Notes: generated by a model not told the origin, from the letters alone. A stretch of 64,000 bases of DNA from an uncultured Alphaproteobacteria bacterium (GCA_963762885.1 CAVXNH010000073.1:21993-85992), one strand, 5' to 3'; numbered from the stretch's first letter, positions 1 to 11,164 are shown. Numbers and translations are program-made.

Positions 1-1155
1 TGCGCCGTCAGCAGCCCCTTCGCCACAGACCTTAGATCCGTGGTCGGCGCCAGGTCGCGGTTCTCGTAGAGCTTGCCCTCGCCCAGGCCGGGCCAGGTGC
101 CGGCGACGCGGCCTCCGGCCACTGCGCCGCCGAGGACGAACGCGACCGTGGCGGTGCCGTGGTCTGTGCCCTTGGTGCCGTTCGATCGGGCGGTGCGGCC
201 GAACTCGGTCATCACCAGGACCGCGGTCTGCCGCCACGCCGGGCCGAGGCCTTCCTTGAGGCCGGCCAATCCGGCGTCAAGTTGCTTCAGCACCCCAGCG
301 AGGCGCGACACTTGCGCCTGATGGGTGTCCCAGCCGCCGATCTCCAGCGCGGCGACACGCGGGCCGTCCGGCGGCGCGCAGCATCTCACCGGCGGCACGT
401 GCCAGCGCCGGGAAGGCGTAGCGCTCCTTTGCGGGCTGTGACGGATCGTCACTGCTGGCCATCACCGCGGTGGTGAAGCCTCGCTCCTTAAGTCCTTCGG
501 CGACGGCCGGGCCGATGATGTGGTCGGTGCTGCTTAGCGCGGCGATCTGGGTGTAGAGGTCGGGCGGTGGGGTCAGCACACCGTGCGGCGCCCAGCTTCC
601 CACCGTGGCGGGCCCTCGGAGCAGTAGCGGCACGGACACGCCGATGGCCAGCGCGTCACCCTCCGGCCGGCCATGCGCAGCGCCCGGCAGAGCCACAACG
701 GCGCGGTTCAGCCAGCCGCTGGTCATGCGGTGGTCGGCACCGCTTTCCAGGCAGTCCTGCGCCTCGAAATGGCTGCGCACGCGGGTCGGTCCGACGACGG
801 CGTGGATCGGCAGCAGTTCGCCGGCCTGGAACATGGTGTGAAGGTTCGCCAGCGAGGGGTGCAGGCCGTAGAAGCCGCCGAGATCGAGCAGACCGTTCGC
901 CTGGCCGGGGCCGGCGGGCACCAACTCGGCGCGGAGGGATACGAGGCCGGGATCGCCGTACGGCACGACGGCCGCCATGCCGTCCAGCGCGCCGCGCAAG
1001 ATCACCACGACGCAGCGCTTGTCGCCAGGCGCGGCGGCGACGGCGAGGGAGGCTCGGCCGAGGGTGACGGCGGCGGTCAGGCCGAGCAGGGCGGAGCGGC
1101 GGGTGAGGGCTATCCGAGGTGCCGCGCCCAGTGACGCGCGGACGGCACCTTTCAC
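1..1155 (-). pseudogene. DUF1501-family protein (Tat signal); 3' end off window; frameshifted as assembled
   Basis: From GTG 1155: VKGAVRASLGAAPRIALTRRSALLGL (twin-arginine signal), then VVILRGALDGMAAVVPYGDPG. The frame breaks near 361-375. The conserved core (PRVAALEIGGWDTHQAQ ... VMTEFGRTARSN) continues in another frame to the window edge. Confidence 0.8.
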
Positions 1156-1240
1156 GTCATGCCGACGGAGGTCGGCATCCACGACTTTCCTTGGTGCAGC
1201 GGTGGAAGTCGTGGATGGCGGGCCTTCGCCCGCCATGACG
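1155..1240. repeat. REP family A copy (twin-hairpin, ~86 bp)
   Basis: cgtcatgccgac-ggag-gtcggcatccacgac ... gtcgtggatggcgggccttcgcccgccatgacg. The same unit recurs at 5015-5103, 29555-29641 and 35422-35507. Confidence 0.85.
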
Positions 1241-1319
1241 GTGAGTTCGGGGCCTTCGTCCGCCTTGACGGGGTGGGCGCGGCCTTCGCCTGCAATGGCG
1301 GTAGGGACGATTGTCATGG

Positions 1320-2625
1320 TCAGCGCCTCTGGTATTCGGGGGCGGTCAGCAGGAGGGTCATCGCGTCGCGGCGGGAGCCGGCGCGGCGCACCGCTTGCAG
1401 CGTGTCGGCGGTGAGCAGCGGGCCGAGCGTGGCCTCGGCGAGGTCCGCAGCGTCGCGGCCGCCTTGCGGTCCGGCGACCCGGCCGGACACACCATAGGCC
1501 CAGTCGATGCGGCGCATCATCGCCTCCGGTGAGGCCCAGTCGCTGGCGCGGTCGCCCCAGCCATTCGGTTGCGGCGAGTTCCAGAACGGCTGGCCCAGGT
1601 TGCCGATGATGCCCGGCAGGTTCATGCCGGCACGTTTGTCCGGCGGCAGGTCCAGCGCACGCAGGCAGGCAACCACGTAATCCTGCGGCGCGCGCAGCTT
1701 CGCTCCGGGCTGCCAGGCGGCATCCAGCGTGATCAGCGACGCCGCCGCGGCACCGAGATCGCCTCGCGTGTCGCGCAAGCACGCCCTCGATGTGGCGCAC
1801 CGCATCCGGCGGCGGGTCGTCGGCGACAAAGTGCCGCGCCAGCTTGGTGGCGAGGAAGCGGTGCGTGGACGGATGGTTGGCCAGGAAGTGCAGGACGGCC
1901 ATGCCGCCCTCCTCCCCCGGCGGGAAGCGGTGCCCCATGACGATCTGTTCGCCCGGTTCGTGCGCCGCCGGGCGGAAGCGGAAGCCGGGCGGACCCTCGC
2001 GCAGGTCGATCGACCAGCCGGTCAGCACTTTGGCGAAGCTGGTGACGTCGGCCTGGGTGTATCCGGCGGCCGGGCTGACCGTGTGCAGCTCCATGCACTC
2101 GCGGGCGAGGTTCTCGTTCAGGCCGCGATGGGTGCGTTCGCCGGCGGGGCTGTCGGGGCCGACCGACTGGGCGTTGTTCAGGTAGATCAGCATGGCGGGG
2201 TGGTGCATCACCGCCATCAGCATGGTCTCGAACCGTCCGGTGACGTTCGGGCGGATCGCTTCCTCGACGAAGGCGCCGGCGACCGCGGACGTGCCGCCGC
2301 GCACCGAGACGGTGAAGTGGTTGGTCCAGAACCACACCAGGCGTTCGCGGAACGGCGCGGTCGTGGTCAGGGCGTTTTCCAGTTCGGCGGCGGACTCGGC
2401 CTGGAACAGCGGGCGGACGCGGCGTTCCTCTGGCGGCGGCTTGGTCTCGCGGTCGAAGCGCAACGCCGCCAGGCCGGTCGCGGTGCTGGGGCGCGGGTCG
2501 ATACGGGCCGGGTCGGGGCGGCGCAACTGGTCGTTCAGCCAGGCGGCGGGGTCGGCGGGGAGCGGTTCCTCGCCGCGGCGGCCTAGTCCGAAGCGGATCA
2601 ATGCCTGTGCGGTGCGTGGGTCCAT
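1320..2625 (-). pseudogene. DUF1800-family protein; frameshifted as assembled
   Basis: MDPRTAQALIRFGLGRRG...WFWTNHFTVS...MLIYLNNAQS...LARECMELHTVS in one frame. The C-terminal part (LRDTRGDLGAAAASL...LLLTAPEYQRR) is in another frame, with the shift near 1775-1790. This is the usual partner gene immediately upstream of DUF1501. Confidence 0.8.
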
Positions 2626-2896
2626 GAGGTGGAACCTAGCCCCGGGCTGCGTGTCCGACAGTGACAAAGAGTGAGTGCACGAAGGCGCGGCGGGGCTGCA
2701 TGCGTGCCTTGCGATGCCATTTCGCACTTGCAAAACGGGCCTGGGTACCGCATTTCACGGCCAGACATAGCCGGCTGCGGAATCCCCGCCCTCGGGGAAT
2801 GCTGTCCCGGCCGGACCAGGACGCGGGCGCGCCGGGACAGGGTCCCGGGGATCCGAACAGGATCACGCGCCCGCTGCCGCTTCAGGAGGTTTCACC

Positions 2897-4984
2897 GTGC
2901 CCGCCACGCCGCTCGACAAGATTCGTAACATCGGGATCACCGCGCACATCGATGCCGGGAAGACGACGACAACGGAGCGCATCCTCTATTACACGGGCGT
3001 GTCGCATCGGATCGGCGAGGTGCACGACGGCAACACCACGACCGATTACATGGAGCAGGAGCGGGAGCGGGGGATCACGATCACCTCCGCGGCGGTGACG
3101 TGCGAGTGGAAGGACCACCGCATCAACATCATCGACACGCCCGGCCATATCGACTTCAACATCGAGGTGAACCGCAGCCTGCGCGTGCTGGACGGCGCGA
3201 TCTTCATCATCGAGGGCGTCGCCGGCGTGCAGCCGCAGTCGGAGACCAACTGGCGGCTGGCCGACCGGTACAACGTGCCGCGCATCATCTTCATCAACAA
3301 GCTGGACCGCACCGGGGCCGACTTCTTCCGCGCGTTCGCCACGCTGAAGGAGAAGCTCGACATCGTCGCCCTGCCGCTGCAACTGCCGATCGGCATCGAG
3401 GACAAGTTCATCGGCGTGGTGGACCTGCTCGAGATGCACGCGGTGATCTGGGACGGCAGCGAGTTGGGCGCGAGCTTCCATATCGAACCGATCCCGGCCG
3501 ACCTGATCGAACAGGCGAAGGAATACCGCCAGCTTCTGCTGGACACCGCGCTGTCGGTCGATGACGCGGGCATGGAAGAGTATTTCGAGCATGGCGACGT
3601 CGCGGTCGAGACGCTGAAGCGCTGCATCAAGACCGGCACCATCTCCGGCGCGTTCCGCCCGGTGCTGTGCGGCACCGCATTCAAGAACAAGGGCGTCCAG
3701 CCGCTGCTGGACGCGGTGGTGGACTACCTGCCCTCGCCGATCGACGTGCCGGGCATCAGCATCGCCGCGGCCGAGGGCGAGGAGGATGGCGAGCATTCCG
3801 ATCGCCGGCGCATCAAGGCTGACCCGAACGCACCATTCGCTGGGCTGGCGTTCAAGATCATCAACGACAAGTACGGCACGCTGACCTTCGTGCGGGTCTA
3901 TGCCGGCACGCTGAAGTCTGGCGACACGGTGCTGAACACCACGCGCGACCATCGCGAGCGCATCGGCCGGATGTTCCAGATGCACGCCGACAAGCGCGCC
4001 GAGATCAAGGAAGTGCATGCCGGCGACATCGCCGCCTTCGTCGGGCTGAAGGATACCGGCACGGGCGACACGCTGGCGAGCCGCAGGACCCGGTGGTGCT
4101 GGAGCGGATGGCCTTCCCGGTGCCGGTGATCGACATCTCGGTCGAGCCGCGCACGAAGGAAGCGGTGGAGAAGATGTCGCTGGGCCTGCAGAAGCTGGCG
4201 GGCGAGGACCCCTCGCTGCGGCTGCGGACCGACCAGGAGACCGGGCAGACCATCCTGTCCGGCATGGGCGAGCTGCACCTGGAGATCATCATCGACCGGC
4301 TGCGCCGCGAGTACGGCGTGGACGCGAATATCGGCGCTCCGCAGGTGGCATATCGCGAGACGATCACGCGGCCGCACACCGAGACCTACACCCACAAGAA
4401 GCAGACCGGTGGGTCGGGCCAGTACGCCGAGGTGAAGATCGTGTTCGAGCCGCAGGCGCGCAACGCCGGCGTGCTGTTCGAGAACAAGGTGGTCGGCGGC
4501 ACGGTGCCGAAGGAATACATCCCGGCGGTGGAGAAGGGGATCAAGGTGCAGGCGGAGACCGGCGTGCTGGCCGGCTTCCCGACGGTGGACTTCAAATACA
4601 CGCTGATCGACGGCAAATACCACGACGTCGACTCGTCGGCGCTGGCGTTCGAGATCGCCGCCAAGGCGTGCTTCCGCGACGGCATGAAGAAGGCGTCGCC
4701 GATCATCCTGGAGCCGATCATGGACGTGGAAGTGACCACGCCGCAGGATCACGTGGGCGACGTGGTGGGCGACCTGAACCGGCGGCGCGGGGATGATCCA
4801 GAACCAGGAGAGCTCCGGGTCCACGATTATCGTCCGGGCGCATGTTCCTCTTAAGGAAATGTTTGGATATATTTCCGATCTTAGGAGCATGACCAAGGGG
4901 CGGGCGTCGTTCACCATGCAGTTCCACCACTACGACCCGGTGCCTCGGAACATCGCGGACGAGATCATGGCGAAGACCGCATGA
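2897..4984 (+). pseudogene. fusA: Elongation factor G paralogue; two frameshifts as assembled
   Basis: AGGAGG 7 nt before GTG 2897. GTPase motifs [14 protein letters not shown] and NKLD are present. Three ORF pieces (2897-4129, 4093-4854, 4793-4984) join into one EF-G. The shifts lie at CC 4081-4082 and G4 4789-4792. No rpsG or tuf neighbours. Confidence 0.85.
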
Positions 4985-5014
4985 GGGTAGCGGGGCGCCG
5001 GCACGGACCAACCG

Positions 5015-5103
5015 CGTCATGGCGGGCGAAGGCCCGCCATCCACGACCTACGATGCTGCATGGCACGAGCAAGTCGTGGATGCCGACCTCCGTCGGCATG
5101 ACG
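5015..5103. repeat. REP family A copy (inverted orientation)
   Basis: cgtcatggcgggcgaaggcccgccatccacgac ... gtcgtggatgccgacctccgtcggcatgacg. Confidence 0.85.
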
Positions 5104-5142
5104 GGATTCCCCACGGAGTGCGCCTGATGGGGTGCGATTAGG

Positions 5143-5463
5143 ATGCAGCCCCGTCTCCGGTGGATGCGGGGTAGGCGTGAGGAGGGTGTCGGGGTTCCCC
5201 GCACTCTGGAGTGGATCGGGTTAGACGACGCGGGCGAGGCAATCGCCCGCGTTGTTCGCGTACAGGGACCGTTGTGCACGGGGTGGCGGCGGTTCCAGGC
5301 GGTGGCGCTGGACGCGGACGCCAAGGTGGTTGAACTGCGCCCCAGCGAGCCGCCGGACGGCGAGGGCTGGCTGGGCTGCGTCGGGGGCAAAGTGGTCGGG
5401 CGCGGCGCGGTGCCGCTGGCGGCGGTGCGGGCAGTGGAGGCGGCGCTGGGCGGCGGGGATTAG
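5143..5463 (+). CDS. Hypothetical protein (start uncertain)
   Basis: Open frame with strongly G/C-biased third positions. The first ~16 codons overlap a repeat that also occurs at 6089-6135, so the true start is probably internal. No recognisable domain. Confidence 0.3.
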   Translation: MQPRLRWMRGRREEGVGVPRTLEWIGLDDAGEAIARVVRVQGPLCTGWRRFQAVALDADAKVVELRPSEPPDGEGWLGCVGGKVVGRGAVPLAAVRAVEAALGGGD

Positions 5464-5577
5464 GGGCGGTGCGGTGGGGTGTCGCGGGTGGTCAGCGCTC
5501 CGGCATGTGTCGTGAGAGCCAAACGCCGCCAACGCCGACAATCAGGGCGACCAACCCTGGTATGATCAGCCAAGATA

Positions 5578-5802
5578 CTATCTGATCCCAAGACATTGCC
5601 GCAGCCTTCCGAGGACGACGAGCGGCGCAATGTGTAGCGCGAAGCCAAAGCCGACCCAAGCCAGCGTTACCAGCCCTTCGGCGGCGCTCCGGAGGTGTCC
5701 TGTCACGAGCGGTGCGACAAAGCCTGCCACTACGAATGCCAGGGCAACGTTGTGCAACGTCGTCGCGAGCAACTGAATCCGGGCATTGACGATTGTGTGC
5801 AT
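5578..5802 (-). CDS. Small membrane protein (2 predicted TM segments)
   Basis: ATG 5802: MHTIVNARIQLLATTLHNVALAFVVAGFVAPLVTG...LVTLAWVGFGFALHIAPLVVLG. Hydrophobic pattern only. Confidence 0.4.
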   Translation of the reverse strand: MHTIVNARIQLLATTLHNVALAFVVAGFVAPLVTGHLRSAAEGLVTLAWVGFGFALHIAPLVVLGRLRQCLGIR

Positions 5803-6019
5803 ATGCCCACCCTGCCTGCGTCGCGCTTGCTGCGGCAGGACGAAACGTTCCAGCCGTGACCGGGCTGCCGTCGTTTCCTCGCCGGCCCCCCTTGGTGCTT
5901 CAATCCTCCTCATTCGACCCTGACAAAACGATAATTGCTGCGGGCGAAAGTAACTTCACGGGGTTCCTGGGCCGCCGCTCGGCGCGTGCGCGAACCGCCC
6001 ACGACCATGGCAGCCGAGA

Positions 6020-6086
6020 CCGGCCATGACGGTCAGGGCGGTCCGTGCGAAGCGGTCGAGAGTCAATCGTTCGGCGGGTTGGTATA
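6020..6086. repeat. 67-bp intergenic repeat, copy 1
   Basis: ccggccatgacggtcagggcggtccgtgcgaagcggtcgagagtcaatcgttcggcgggttggtata. A near-identical direct copy lies at 7103-7169. Confidence 0.8.
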
Positions 6087-6241
6087 AGATGCAACGCCGC
6101 CTCCGATGGATGCGGGTTCGGCCTGAGGAGGACGGCGATCTGCGGATAATAGCGTGCCGATCCGATCACCCCCATCCTCGGGTCAAGTGCCCGGGGTCAG
6201 GCTCTCTCTCCCGCTCCCGCGGGAGAGGTTGATTGGTGCCG

Positions 6242-7001
6242 TTAATGCGACAGGATCTGGCCGAGGAACAACCGCGCGCGCTCGTTGCGCGGGTTGGCAA
6301 AGAACTCTTCCGGCGGCGCCTGTTCGACAATTTCGCCCTGGTCCATGAACACCACGCGATGCGCGACGCGGCGGGCGAAGCCCATCTCGTGCGTGACGCA
6401 CAGCATCGTCATGCCGTCCTCCGCCAGGCCGATCATGGTCTCCAGCACTTCCTTGACCATCTCGGGATCGAGCGCCGAGGTCGGCTCGTCGAACAGCATT
6501 ACCTTCGGGTGCATGCACAGCGCACGGGCGATCGCCACCCGCTGTTGCTGGCCGCCGGAAAGCTGTGCCGGATACTTCTCGGCTTGCTCCGGAATGCGCA
6601 CGCGCTGCAGCAATTCGCGGGCAAGAGTTCTCGGCTTCGTCCCGCGCCATGCCGCGCACCCTGATCGGCGCCAGCACGCAGTTCTGCAACACCGTCAAAT
6701 GCGGAAACAGATTGAACGACTGGAACACCATGCCGATCTCGCGCCTGACACGATCGAGTCCCCTGGTGCGCGGGCCGACCTCCATGCCGTCGAAGGTGAT
6801 GTGTCCGGCCTGATGGTGCTCAAGCTGGTTGATGCAGCGGATCAGCGTGGACTTGCCGGAGCCGGACGGGCCGCACAACACGATGCGCTCGCCCCGGCGC
6901 ACGCGCAGCGAGATGTCGTGCAGCGCACGGAAGGCGCCGAAATATTTTTCGACGCCATCCATCGTGACGATGCAGTCATCCGCCGCGGGCACTTCGTTCA
7001 T
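6242..7001 (-). pseudogene. Polar amino-acid ABC transporter ATP-binding protein (GlnQ/HisP type); frameshifted as assembled
   Basis: N-terminal frame has Walker A GPSGSGKST and [16 protein letters not shown]-terminal frame (6242-6613) has [15 protein letters not shown], Walker [12 protein letters not shown] and VTHEMGFA. The shift is near 6625-6640. Confidence 0.85.
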
Positions 7002-7026
7002 GCGGAAATCTGATCCTTTTACCAAA

Positions 7027-7124
7027 CCGCCCCAACCGTCATGGCCGGGCTTGACCCGGCCATCCATGTAGCACGGTGCCGCGATGGATGGCCGGGTCAA
7101 GCCCGGCCATGACGGTTGGGGCGG
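7027..7124. repeat. Palindromic REP (family B core: cgtcatggccgg...ccggccatgacg)
   Basis: ccgccccaaccgtcatggccgggcttgacccggccatccatg ... catggatggccgggtcaagcccggccatgacggttggggcgg. This is a nested near-perfect palindrome. Confidence 0.8.
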
Positions 7125-7169
7125 TCCGTGCGAAGCGGCCGAGAGTTCAATCGTTCGGCGGGTTGGTAT
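7103..7169. repeat. 67-bp intergenic repeat, copy 2
   Basis: Direct repeat of 6020-6086, differing at a few positions and by one extra t. Confidence 0.8.
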
Positions 7170-7178
7170 TATGGGCCG

Positions 7179-8001
7179 TTAGAACACCGGCAGTTCCGGC
7201 AACGGGACGCCGAGCCACTTCTGACAGATCGCGTCCAGCTCGCCGTTGTTCTTGATGAAGTAGACGAACGTGTTCACCCATTGATGCAGATCGGTCTGGC
7301 CGCGGCGCAGCGTGATGCCGTTCGGTTGGTGCCGCAGCGTAAATTTGGTCTCGTAGCCGGCGCCTGGATTCATCGTCTGAATCTGTTTGCCGGTGATGGT
7401 GTTCACCCCGATTGCATCGATCTGGCCGGACAGCAGCGCCTGCGCTGTCGTGGCGTCGTCGTCGAAGCGCATGATCCGCGTGCCCTGCGGCGCGGCGGCG
7501 GTGATCGCGGTGTCCTGCGTGCTGGCCCGCGCGACGCCGACCTTCAGTGGCTTGAGATCGCCGGCGTTGGCGATCGTACAGGGTCTTCGGCGCCATCAGC
7601 ACGATGTCGATGCTGCTATAGGGGATGGCGAACTGCACCTGCCGCGCGCGCTCCGGCGTGATGCCGAACGTCGCCACCAGCACGTCCACCTTGTTGGTGA
7701 GCAAATAGGGGATGCGGTTCGGACCGGTGACAGGCACCAGTTCCAGCTCGACGCCGAGGTATTTCGCCATCAGCGTGGCGACATCGACGTCATAGCCTTC
7801 GTAACCGCCCGATGCGTTGACCACGCCGAACGGCGGCAGGTCCACCAGGATGCCGACCTGCAGCTTCTTCTTGCCCAGGATGTCATCGACGCCCTGCGCC
7901 GCGGCCGGCTGGCTGGCGCCGAACGCGGCGATGGCCAATCCGGTCAGTCCCAGCGCGGCCAGCGGCCGGCGGGCGAACCCTGGTGAAGCTTCCGAAGCCA
8001 T
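7179..8001 (-). pseudogene. Amino-acid ABC transporter substrate-binding protein; frameshifted as assembled
   Basis: ATG 8001: MASEASPGFARRPLAALGLTGLAIAAFGASQPAAAQG (signal peptide), then KLQVGILVDLPPFG...GYDVDVA. Continues after a shift near 7572-7580 as IANAGDLKPLKVGVARAS...QKWLGVPLPELPVF. Confidence 0.8.
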
Positions 8002-8075
8002 CGAACGTCTCCCTGCGGCCGAGAAAGATGCATGCCCTCGCGGTCGGCTGCCTGCCCGCGAATGCGATGCGGTGT

Positions 8076-8726
8076 TCAGCGCGGCACGGTGCCGAACCGT
8101 TGTTCCAGCCGCTGGCTGAGCAATGACAGCGGCCAGCACAGCGCGAAGTAGATCGCGGCGACGATGCCGAACACCAGGAACGGCCGGAACGTCACGTTGT
8201 TGATGATCTGCCCGGCCCGGGTCACCTCGACAAAGCCGATGATCGAGGCGAGCGACGTGCTCTTCAGCAGCAGCACCAGGAAGCCGACGGTGGGCGCGAT
8301 GGCGAGCTTGCCGGCCTGCGGCAGGATCACGTAGCGCATGCGCGCCAGGTGCCGCATGCCCAGCGCCGTTGCGGCCTCCCATTGTCCGGTCGGGATCGCC
8401 TGGATGCAGCCGCGCCAGATCTCGCCGAGGAACGCCGCGCCGTTCAGGGTCAGCGCGATGGCGGCCGAGGTCAGCGGGGCGACGTCGGCGCCGAACAGGT
8501 TGGCGCCGAAGAACACCAGGAAGAGCTGCATCAGCAGCGGCGTGCCCTGGAACACCTGGATGTAGCCGGCCGCCACGCGGCGCAGCCACGCCGGAGGCGC
8601 GGTGCGGGCCAACGCTATCAACAGCCCGACGATGCCGCCGCCGGTGAACGCCAGCAGCGACAGCAGCAGCGTCCAGCGCACCGCCGCGACGATGAATTCC
8701 GCTTCGTGGATGCCGAATGCGCGCAT
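8076..8726 (-). CDS. Amino-acid ABC transporter permease
   Basis: 216 aa, multi-TM. HisM/GlnP-type EAA-like segment: EAATALGMRHLARMRYVILPQA. Confidence 0.9.
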   Translation of the reverse strand: MRAFGIHEAEFIVAAVRWTLLLSLLAFTGGGIVGLLIALARTAPPAWLRRVAAGYIQVFQGTPLLMQLFLVFFGANLFGADVAPLTSAAIALTLNGAAFLGEIWRGCIQAIPTGQWEAATALGMRHLARMRYVILPQAGKLAIAPTVGFLVLLLKSTSLASIIGFVEVTRAGQIINNVTFRPFLVFGIVAAIYFALCWPLSLLSQRLEQRFGTVPR

Positions 8727-8741
8727 CGTGTGCCGTTCGCC

Positions 8742-9413
8742 TCAGCGCTGACCGGGGCGGGCGAACACCGCCCGGTTGATGCCGCCGAACGCGCTGGAGA
8801 ACAGCATCGACAACGCCAGGTAGATGCCTGTCACGACGATGTAGATCTCGAAACTGCGGAAGGTGCGCGATTGCAGGTCGTTGGCGGTCGCCGTCAGTTC
8901 CTGCGCCGAGATCGTCGAGACCACGCTCGAATTGAGCATCAGCAGGATGAACTGGCTGGACAGCGCCGGATAGACGGTGGCCAGTGCGGGGAACAGCACG
9001 ACGTAGCGGAACACTTGCAGCGGGCGCAGGCCCAGTGCCAGGCCGGCCTCGATCTGGCCGCGGCCGATGCTTTCGATGCCGGCGCGCACGATCTCCGTGG
9101 CATAGGCGCCGACATTCACCACCATCGCCAGCAGCGCGGCCTGGTTCGAACTCAGCATGATGCCGGCGCGCGGCAGGCCGAAGAAGATGATGAAAATCTG
9201 CACCAGGAACGGCGTGTTGCGGATGACTTCGACATAGGCGTCCACCAGCCAGCGCACCGGCTTCGGCCCCATGGTCTTGCCCAGCGCGCCGAACACGGCG
9301 ACCACCAGTCCGAGCACCATGGAGACGGCCGAAAGCTGGATGGTGAGCCAGCATCCCCAGAGCAAATCGGGCCATGCCGCCCACACGTCGCCGAACTGGA
9401 AGACGTAGTTCAT
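8742..9413 (-). CDS. Amino-acid ABC transporter permease
   Basis: ATG 9413: MNYVFQFGDVWAAWPDLLWGCWLTIQLS... with EAGLALGLRPLQVFRYVVLFPA. The ORF-track extension upstream of 9413 reads through a hairpin repeat. Confidence 0.85.
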   Translation of the reverse strand: MNYVFQFGDVWAAWPDLLWGCWLTIQLSAVSMVLGLVVAVFGALGKTMGPKPVRWLVDAYVEVIRNTPFLVQIFIIFFGLPRAGIMLSSNQAALLAMVVNVGAYATEIVRAGIESIGRGQIEAGLALGLRPLQVFRYVVLFPALATVYPALSSQFILLMLNSSVVSTISAQELTATANDLQSRTFRSFEIYIVVTGIYLALSMLFSSAFGGINRAVFARPGQR

Positions 9414-9470
9414 GCTGTCCTTGGGACTCGCGGGGGCATCATCGAATTCAACTGCCAGTCGATCGCTGCT

Positions 9471-9510
9471 CCTTGTGTCGTGGCCGGCGAAGGCCGGCCA
9501 CGACACAAGG
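9471..9510. repeat. Perfect 17-bp-stem hairpin (REP family B-like)
   Basis: ccttgtgtcgtggccggc-gaag-gccggccacgacacaagg. Confidence 0.8.
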
Positions 9511-9605
9511 AGCGGTGATCCGCATCCCCCGCACTGTCGCGCCGACAACGTCTCCCGCGCCGCAGGCGAGGTGTCATTGACGCAGATCAAGCCGCCGGCG
9601 TCGCC

Positions 9606-10490
9606 CTACTCCCCCAGCCGCGCGGTGAGGAACGCAATGAAACTGTGCACCTTTTGCGCGGCCCCCCGGTTGGCGGCGCACACCGCATCGAGGCTCCCCG
9701 ACGGCGGCCGGTAGGCCGGCAGCAGTTGTACCAGCGCACCGGAGGCGATGTCCGCCTCGACCAGGAACTCCGGCGCCAGCAGCACGCCGGCCCCAGTGCA
9801 CGCGGCTCCGCGGCGCAGCATGCCGCAGTCCGCCCTCAACTGGCCGCTCACCGTCACCTCGGTATCGCCGTCCGGGCCGGCAAAGCGCCAGATGTCGCCC
9901 GGATGGCGGAGTTCGGTCAGGCACACATGCCGCTCCAGGTCGGCCGGCACCTCCGGCCTGCCATGCGCCGCCAGATAGATGGGGGCGGCACAGATGACGA
10001 AACGCAGCGGCCGGAACCGGTGCAGGGTCAGCCTGGTGTCGTTGCACGGACCGGCGCCGAAGCGGATCGCCAGGTCATAGCCTTCCTCGATCACATCCAC
10101 CGCGCGGTCGCACAGGGTGACGGTCAGCAGCAGGTCCGGGTTCTCGGCCATGAACTCAGCCAGCAGCGGCGCCAGCCGCACCATGCCGAATCCCACCGGT
10201 GCGGTGATCCGCAGGTTGCCGCGCAGGTTCTCGCCCGCCCGCCCGGTCTGCCGCGCTGCTTCCATCTCTTCCAGGATGTGCGTGGACTGCGAAAAGAAGC
10301 TTGCCCCGGCGTCGGTCAGGGCGACGCGTCGGGTCGTGCGCTGCAACAGCCGCGTGCCGAGCCACCCTTCCAGCGTCTGAACGTGCTTGCTGGCCGTCGC
10401 CTGGGAAATGCCGAGTTCTCGTGCGGCGGCCGAAAAGCTGCGCGCCGCGGCTACCCGAACGAACACCGTCATACTGGTCAATCGGTCCAC
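9606..10490 (-). CDS. LysR-family transcriptional regulator
   Basis: VDRLTSMTVFVRVAAARSFSAAARELGISQATASKHVQTLE (wHTH) followed by a LysR substrate-binding domain. The start is GTG 10490 or ATG 10472. Confidence 0.9.
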   Translation of the reverse strand: MDRLTSMTVFVRVAAARSFSAAARELGISQATASKHVQTLEGWLGTRLLQRTTRRVALTDAGASFFSQSTHILEEMEAARQTGRAGENLRGNLRITAPVGFGMVRLAPLLAEFMAENPDLLLTVTLCDRAVDVIEEGYDLAIRFGAGPCNDTRLTLHRFRPLRFVICAAPIYLAAHGRPEVPADLERHVCLTELRHPGDIWRFAGPDGDTEVTVSGQLRADCGMLRRGAACTGAGVLLAPEFLVEADIASGALVQLLPAYRPPSGSLDAVCAANRGAAQKVHSFIAFLTARLGE

Positions 10491-10741
10491 GGCCTCGGCC
10501 CCCGCGTGGTCATGCCGCGCATCTATGACCCATCGTACATCAATTGGATGGCCTTGCCACCCATCCAGCGGAATCGTTGCCCGTCCCGCGTGTATTAATT
10601 CTGCGAAAATCGTGGCTGAGGCGAAGCCCACCGCGCATGACCTCGCGTCGCGGTCTTCATTCGGGATTGGCGCTCGCGAACACACGCGGCCGGCTTCGTC
10701 GGGCGCACCATGTTCGGGCCCCGCCAGCGCGGCGGCGCCCG

Positions 10742-11164
10742 CTACGCCCCAGCGTTGGCGCCGCCGGCCGTCCCGCCCGCCAGCTCGTCCAGGATCGGGC
10801 ACTCCGGCCGCGAGTCCCCGTGACAGCGTGCCGCCAGATCCGCCAGCGCCGCCCGCACCGTTCGCAACTCCTCCAGCTTGCGATCGATCCGCCCGATATG
10901 CTCCAGCGCCAGCGCCTTCACGTCGCCGCTGGCCCGCCCGCGGTCCCGGTACAACGCCACAAGCTGCTTCAGGTCCTGCACCGAGAACCCCAGCCGCCGA
11001 GCCCGCCCGATGAAGCGCAGCATCTCTACATCGGCATCCCGATAACTGCGGTACTGGTTGTCCCCCCGCTCCGCCACCCCAATCAGCCCGATTTGCTCAT
11101 AATACCGGATGGTCTTCGCCGGCACGCCGGAGCGCGACGCCGCCTCGCCGATGGTAATGCTCAT
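10742..11164 (-). CDS. cueR: MerR-family Cu(I)-responsive regulator (CueR/HmrR type)
   Basis: [28 protein letters not shown]...; C-terminal metal loop [10 protein letters not shown]. The start overlaps the copA stop by 4 nt (ATGA). Confidence 0.85.
   Translation of the reverse strand: MSITIGEAASRSGVPAKTIRYYEQIGLIGVAERGDNQYRSYRDADVEMLRFIGRARRLGFSVQDLKQLVALYRDRGRASGDVKALALEHIGRIDRKLEELRTVRAALADLAARCHGDSRPECPILDELAGGTAGGANAGA

Noticed and set aside
5975-6232. ORFs 5900-6175 (-) and 6026-6232 (+)
   Set aside because: They are composed almost entirely of REP-type repeats that recur at 5143-5190, 7103-7169 and in the REP-D family. No coding signal.
7147-9384. 745-aa ORF spanning three transporter genes
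   Set aside because: It is an out-of-frame read-through across the binding-protein and permease genes. Only a short central stretch coincides with the real binding-protein frame.
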